In this document: in pieces, positions 53,355 through 61,400 of the stretch | How the letters are laid out: the number at the start of each line of letters is the position of its first letter | Numbering within the stretch: position 1 is the stretch's first letter | The notes under the pieces: model-generated | What the model was told of the DNA's origin: nothing | The model's database searches: none | The model's input: only the letters and a program-made list of their open reading frames with translations | Program-made: the position numbers and the translations under genes | Origin: Octopus bimaculoides | Taxonomy: Eukaryota | Direction: 5' to 3' | Assembly: GCF_001194135.2 (NCBI RefSeq) | Contig: NC_068982.1 | Location: 7,895,851 to 7,959,850, forward strand | DNA length: 64,000 nucleotides

Positions 53355-54501
53355 TCTCTCTCTCTCTCACTCTCTCTCTCTCACTCTCTCACACACAAAT
53401 ATATATTCATGTACATACACTTCCAATTATGAAAAGTGACGAAAGAAGTCAATTGAACAATATTGGCTAATGGAAAGTTGCATACACAATCAAATGTAGA
53501 CTGTCACGACCTATGAAAAAGACCAAAATTCCAATTCAAAGAGGGCTCTACCTTCCTATATCTGTATATGTGCGGGTGTGTGTGTGTGTCTGTATATATA
53601 TATGTGTGTGTATATGTCATCATCATTGTCGTTTAACATCTGCTTTCCATGCTGGCATGGGTTGGACGGTTTGACTGAGGCCTGGCAAGCCAGTGGGCTG
53701 CACCAGGCTCCAATCTGATCTGGCGAAGTTTCTACAGCTGGATGCCCTTCCTAACACTAACCACTCTGAGTGTGTAGTGGGTGCTTGAACGTGCTGCCGG
53801 TACAAGGGCCAGTCAGACGATACTGGCATTGACCACACTGAAATGGTATTTTTTACATGCCACCTGCACAGGTGCCAGTCAAGCAATGCTGGCAACAACC
53901 ACGCTTGAATGGTGCTTTTTATGTGTCACTGGCATGAGGGCCAGTCTGGTAGAACTGAAATTGACCATACTTAAATGGTGATTTTCACGTACCGCTGGCA
54001 CAAGAGTTAGTCAGGCGACACTGGCAACGACCACGCTTGAATGGTGCTTTTTACATGCCCACAAGCATAGGAGCCAGCACTGGCAATGGCCATGCTCAAA
54101 CAGTGCCTTTTACGTGCCACTGGCATGGGATCAGTCAGGCAGCACTGGTATTGGCCACAACACTGATTTCACTTGACTCAACAGGCCTCCGCAAGCACAG
54201 TTTATTGCCCAATGATCGAAAGGTACTCTTAAATGGGCTGGTTATGCTGCACTGGCATAGGCTATGATTACGGTCTCACCTGGCTTTCTGGGTCTTCTCA
54301 AGTACAGTATATCTCCAAAGATCTTGGTCACTTGTCATCACCTCCATGAGGCCCAATGATTATATATAGGAAGGGCATCCAGCTGTAGAAACTTTGCCAA
54401 ATCAGATTAGAGCCTGGTGTAGCCATCTGGTTTCACCAGTCCTCAGTCATATCGTCTAACCCATGCTAGCATGGAAAGCGGACGTTAAATAATGATGATG
54501 A

Positions 54502-54542
<41 letters not shown>

Positions 54543-55430
54543 GAGGCGCAATGGCCCAGTGGTTAGGGCAGCGGACTCGTGGTCATAGGATCGCGGTTTC
54601 GANNNNNNNNNNNNNNNNNNNNNNNNNNNNNNNNNNNNNNNNNNNNNNNNNNNNNNNNNNNNNNNNNNNNNNNNNNNNNNNNNNNNNNNNNNNNNNNNNN
54701 NNNNNNNNNNNNNNNNNNNNNNNNNNNNNNNNNNNNNNNNNNNNNNNNNNNNNNNNNNNNNNNNNNNNNNNNNNNNNNNNNNNNNNNNNNNNNNNNNNNN
54801 NNNNNNNNNNNNNNNNNNNNNNNNNNNNNNNNNNNNNNNNNNNNNNNNNNNNNNNNNNNNNNNNNNNNNNNNNNNNNNNNNNNNNNNNNNNNNNNNNNNN
54901 NNNNNNNNNNNNNNNNNNNNNNNNNNNNNNNNNNNNNNNNNNNNNNNNNNNNNNNNNNNNNNNNNNNNNNNNNNNNNNNNNNNNNNNNNNNNNNNNNNNN
55001 NNNNNNNNNNNNNNNNNNNNNNNNNNNNNNNNNNNNNNNNNNNNNNNNNNNNNNNNNNNNNNNNNNNNNNNNNNNNNNNNNNNNNNNNNNNNNNNNNNNN
55101 NNNNNNNNNNNNNNGGCATTACTTATTCTCCTATAAGATTGCTACAAATTTCCATGTAAACTTTTTTCTACTGGACCCAATCTCTGTTTTATTATGTCAA
55201 AATGCAGCTAGAGACCAGTCCTCTTCAAAAATATTAAGTTTTCAATTTGGTTAAGAACTGAATTAGCAACAAACTCTGAAAGATGCTGCTTGTGAATAAA
55301 TTGCAGCCTTAAGGATATTATTCAACTACTACCATAGTTGAATGATATTCATATCATAAATAATTTGAATGTATAATTTCAGATTTAAATATATTTTAAT
55401 GATTATAAGTGTGTCTATTTACTTGTTATG

Positions 55431-55474
<44 letters not shown>

Positions 55475-58400
55475 ATGAAGAAACCAACATACAATGCAGA
55501 AAAATTTCAAGTCCTTTGCTGTCAGTTATTTTTCATAACATACTACAACAAAGATAGTTTGGACCAAAGGGTCAAAAATAGCCACTATTGAAGAGTTAAA
55601 CACAGTGCATGACTTGAAAATAGATATGAGTAATGATACATCATTTCATGTACATGTCACCAAGATAGTAGCAATGTGCAGGCACATAGCTGGGTCAATT
55701 CCAGGTTTTGTTTCCACACTTGAAATTTCTTTATAATACTGCTGCAGATTCAGCTATAAGGTCATCAGCATAAAGGAGTTCCCTGGCAATTAATCTTAAG
55801 CTCCTCTGTAATGGCTTGGAGGACAATGACAAATAGGAGGGGACTGACAGCCAAGCCCTCATGAACTTCTACCTTAACACTAACTTTGTTACTGTACTTA
55901 TTGTTAACTCTCACCTTACTAACATCAACCTTGTACAAGGTTTGGGCAGCTCTCACCAGATCAGGGAGGAAGTGACCCTATTGAAGGTTTTCTTCAAGTC
56001 AACAAAAACACACTTGCACACATATATTTTATTATCCATCTGTATGCTCTTCCTGTCACTAACCCTTACCCATTTTTCAGTTAAGGGACTATATTTAATG
56101 GAAAAAGTAGGGAAACATAGAACATGATACATGAATATATATAGTCATTTAAATTTTTTTATCAGCAGAAATTACAAATGTGACACAAGGACTTAAAAGT
56201 TTCATTTACGGCACTTTTCAAAGTTTAATAAATACCATACCCAAAACACTTGAACATTGAGTTACTTTTGTCTCTTTCTAGTGATTAAAAATATTAAAAC
56301 TTTATATATTATTATAAAACAGACATAGTTGAACAAACAGACAAACAGATGCTAAATATGTACAGCTCAAACAATAGAAAACTCACCAACGTTCACAGGC
56401 ACCATGAACTTTTTGGTCGTAATTTTCTCCGATAGCATTTCCAAATTTATCATAGCAATAACAGTCTTTTTCTAAAACACATTCATTGTTCTGTTCTAAG
56501 TAATTTGTTGCACATACACATCCTGGTATACAACTGTCTGGCTCCTGACATATTTCTACCCCCAATTTCAGTTCTGCACATGTTTGCCCACAATTACTTG
56601 AACAATTAGACCATATCTTTCCTGTAGGGCACTCTGTAATAAAATATTAATAAAAAAATTTTAATATATGATTTTTTTTACATGTCACTGTTTGATTTTA
56701 TAAGATATAAAGAATAAGATTACAAAAATGTCTTGAAAATTGAATTTTAAGCTGTTTTTGGAAAACAAATGAAACCATGTTACTCTTATTTTACCCAAAT
56801 TCACTGAATATCAAATCATAAAACTAAAACACAAATGTGTCTAATTTTATGAACATCAAGAATATTTTTAATAAAATTTAAATGAAATAGTATTTATTTA
56901 AAGCAGTTGTATTTGCTCATAAAATACTTCTTTGTGTTATGACACTGTCAATTCTAATGGCAAGCTTGATCTAATTTGTTCTCTTTAGAGGAGTGAGTCC
57001 AGGAGTAAAATTGACATCTTTATCTGGACACACGATTTGAATCACTTTTAGTTTTCCAATCTTTCTTTCTGCTGGTCAACATAATTGAATCATAGCTGAC
57101 TTTGCGTTCAGAGTCACATAGTTACTTTAACAACCATATATTGATGTAAGCAGGGTAAGATCAAGCCATGGCAGAAAAAAGACTAACCAGCATTGACTGG
57201 GTTATCATAAATTCTTATAGGCCCAGAATATTAGATATCTCCATAAGAGGCAGACTACCTAGTTTTGCACTGTCCAGTCACTTCAACGTTGGCAGGGTAT
57301 AAAACTATTTCTGAAACTGGTAAGGCATATATCAGATGGATCTCAAATATAAATTTGGAAGAGTAATAGGCACCATCATCATCATCATCGTTTAACATCC
57401 ACTTTCCATGCTAGCATGCGTTGGACCATTTGAGTGAGGACTAGTGAACCAGATGGCTACACCAGGCTCCAATCTGATTTGGCAGAGTTTCTACAGCTGG
57501 ATGCCCTTCCTAATGCCAACCACTCCAAGAGTGTAGTGGGTGCTTTTACGTGCCACCGGCACGAAGGCCAGTCAGGTGGTACTGGCAACGGCCATGCTCA
57601 AAATGGTGTATTTTACATGCCACCTGCACAGGAGCCAGTCCAGCGGCACTGGCACGATCTCGCTTGAATGTCTTTACATGTGCCACCGGCACAAGTGCCA
57701 GGAAGGCGGCGCTGGGCACAGGTGCCATCACGATTTCGCTTTCGCTTGCCCCAACAGGTCTTCGCAAGCCCAGTTTCGTGTCTTGCATAGGAGCCAGTCC
57801 AGCGGCACTGGCAACGATCTCACTTGAATGTCTTTACAAGTGCCAGGAAGGCGATGTTGGGCACAGGTGCCATCATGATTTTGCTTTTGCTTGCCCCAAC
57901 AGGTCTTCACAAGCTGAGTTTCATCTCCAATGAAGAAGACGACGTTGGCATGGGTGCCAGTCATCGAGTTTAGTTCGATTTCGATTTCATTTGCCTCAAC
58001 AGGTCTTCGCAAGTGGAGTTTTGTGTCCAATGAAGGAAGGTACGCATAAGTGGGCTGGCTACACCTCTGGCAGAGGCCTTGGATTTAGGTCTCACTTGGC
58101 TTGCCGGGTCTTCTCACGCACAGCGTATTTCCAAAGGTCTTGGTCACAAGCCATTGCCTCGGTGAGGCCCAATGTTCGAAAGTCGTGCCTCACCACCTCA
58201 TCCCAGGTCTTCCTGGGCCTACCTCTTCCACAGGTTCCCTCAACTCCTAGGGAGTGGCACTTTTTCACGTAGCTATCCTCGTCCATTCTTGCCCCATGTC
58301 CATACCAGCGCAACCGTCTCTCTTCCACACCACAACTGATGCTTCTTAGGTTCAACTTTTCTCTCAAGGTACTTACGCTCTGTCTAGTATGCACACTGAC

Positions 58401-61400
58401 ATTATGCATCCATCGGAGCATACTGGCTTCATTTCTTGCGAGTCTACGCATGTCTTCAACAGTCACGGCCCATGTTTCACTGCCATGTAGCATGGCTGTT
58501 CATACACATGCATCATACAGTCTGCCTTTTACTCTGAGAGTGAAACCCTTTGTCACCAGCAGAGGTAAGAGCTCTCTGAACTTTACCCAGGCTATTCTTA
58601 TTCTAGCAGCTACACTTTCAGCGCACCCTCTCCCGCTACTAACTTGGTCACCTATATAGCGCAAGCTATCAACTACTTCTAGTTTTTCTCCCTGGAATGT
58701 GGCAGAAGATGTATTCTGCACATTTACAGTGTTTATTGCTCCTGAACATCTGCTACATACAAAAACTAACTTCCTAGTTAACCTTCCTTTGATATTACTG
58801 CACCTCTTATGTGTCCATAGCTTGCACTTGGTGCATCTTGTAGAGTTTCTGCCTACGCCTTTTCTACAGATCGAGCAGGGCCATCTACCTGAAGGGGCTT
58901 GTGTTTTGTCTACCTTCCTACTTATTAGGACTTTGGTTTTAGCTAGGTTGATTCTAAGGCCCTTCGATTCTAGTCCTTGCTTCCACACCTGAAACTTCTC
59001 TAGTTCTGATAGTTACTCAGCAATTAGTGCAAGGTCATCAGCATAGAGGAGCTCCCAGGGCTATCCTGTCTTGAATTCCTCTGTTATTGCCTGGAGGACT
59101 ATGATAAATAGGAGGGGGCTGAGGACTGAACCTTGGTGGACCCCTACCTGTACCTGAAATTCTTCACTGTACTCATTGCCAACTCTNNNNNNNNNNNNNN
59201 NNNNNNNNNNNNNNNNNNNNNNNNNNNNNNNNNNNNNNNNNNNNNNNNNNNNNNNNNNNNNNNNNNNNNNNNNNNNNNNNNNNNNNNNNNNNNNNNNNNN
59301 NNNNNNNNNNNNNNNNNNNNNNNNNNNNNNNNNNNNNNNNNNNNNNNNNNNNNNNNNNNNNNNNNNNNNNNNNNNNNNNNNNNNNNNNNNNNNNNNNNNN
59401 NNNNNNNNNNNNNNNNNNNNNNNNNNNNNNNNNNNNNNNNNNNNNNNNNNNNNNNNNNNNNNNNNNNNNNNNNNNNNNNNNNNNNNNNNNNNNNNNNNNN
59501 NNNNNNNNNNNNNNNNNNNNNNNNNNNNNNNNNNNNNNNNNNNNNNNNNNNNNNNNNNNNNNNNNNNNNNNNNNNNNNNNNNNNNNNNNNNNNNNNNNNN
59601 NNNNNNNNNNNNNNNNNNNNNNNNAAGCGTCACCTTTACCTTTGTAGCAGTTGACAATGGTGCTGCTACACCAGTCATTGAGTATAACTCCTTCATGTAT
59701 CACCTGGTTAACAATACGGGTGACTAGGCTATAACCGACACTGCCAAATATTTTTAGTATCTCTGCAGTGATTCCTGATGGGCCGGGGGCCTTCCCTGTA
59801 TTCATACTCTTAATTGCTTTATCTACCATGGTACTGTCAACTCGGATAGCTGGTCCCTCTGTTGGGTCAACATTCAGCAGACTCTCTTTCTCCCATTCAT
59901 TCTCTTTATTGAGCAATCTTTCGTAGTGGCGTCTCCAAACCTCTTTCTTTGCAGCCTCGTTCAGTGCAAGCATACCATCATCCATGCGAACACATTTCTC
60001 TCCCACAACATCACGATTCTCTCTCACACACTGTCTTTCAACACGAAATACCTCAAGTCTTTGGTCCTCGTGGCACAGAACATTGGCAATTTTTTTCTTA
60101 TCTGCTTCCCCTCTGGCTAAATAAACCTGCTACCACCATTCTTCCAAGCCTATATCTTTTGTCTAATAGCCCTTATATAAAACAGTATTCATATCATGAT
60201 TTTTTAAATATATATAACCATTTCATATGTCATCTTAAGCATTAGAATATAAGAAAGCATTATCAATTGATCAGTTATTTGACTTATGTTCCTCAGCTAG
60301 CCAAAGACATGATATATTTAGAATAATAGGTTTGTCGATCACACCTAGTCATTTGATTGACTACCAACAAACCAGAAGTGACCTGAGGTTACACAACAAA
60401 ACATGTTTCATTTACTGGAATCAGTGTAAAATATAAATGTTTTGCATTTTGTTCAATTTATTTGGAAGCATAACTATCAGCTTAGAATATCAGTAGAATC
60501 GTTATAATTTTTACCTTCTATTAAACAGTTCTTTTCAATACAGGGCTGCATTTCAATACCTTTTCCGCCACATGTACTACTTTCTGTATCTCCATTAGTA
60601 CAAATTCTTAATCTTGTTTGAGTTCCTTTACCACAAGTTGAAGTGCAACTACTCCAATTTTCCCAATTATTCCAAGAAAATTCACCTAAAATTTGAGTTT
60701 GTATAAAAATTATAACAAATACACAATAAGAAGAAATAGGTCTGTTTACTATGTTTCTGTAACTTATAAGCATACATTTAGCCTAGACAATTTTATAAAA
60801 GCAAACACTCTATTCTATACTTTTGTATGAGAAATCATTGTTGTCATCATCATATAAAACAAAGTTAAAATGAAAGATGAAATAAACTTAAGAACATATT
60901 TTCTTTAGTTTCTTAACAAGGAAAAAACAACCATGAGTCTTTTATGGTGTGAGCCAACAAATATTTCCTCCTTCTCCCCCTTCATCATTGTCATCATCAT
61001 CAGCAGCAGTATATTTCAAGGCTATTACAACTGACAGTAATATGGATCAGTTCAGTAAGACAAATTTTTATGATAGAAACTAAAGCAGGGATCAGAACTC
61101 CTTACTTCAACAAAATATGTTTGATCTGTTTGGTTATTTCTTGAGATCAAAACATCATGTAAAATATGGTATCTATTGGGTTGGCAACTAAGTTCCTGCC
61201 ATTTTTTAAAATTTTGGAATTTATCGCGTTTTTAAATTTTGGAATCTATTTTTTTCGAGAGTTCTATTTTTGAATCATTTTGGAATCTATTTTGTTTCTT
61301 TTTTTTCTAGTTAATTTTAGTTAATTTTTGTTTCTTTTCTGATCATTAAAATGGAAATTCAAGTTAAGAAAAATGAGCATTTTTGACACCTTCTTTTTGC

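Noticed and set aside
53400-53515. Strong minus-strand acceptor ttttggtctttttcatag as a possible extra exon
   Set aside because: All three frames hit stops, and the gene model closes in phase without it.
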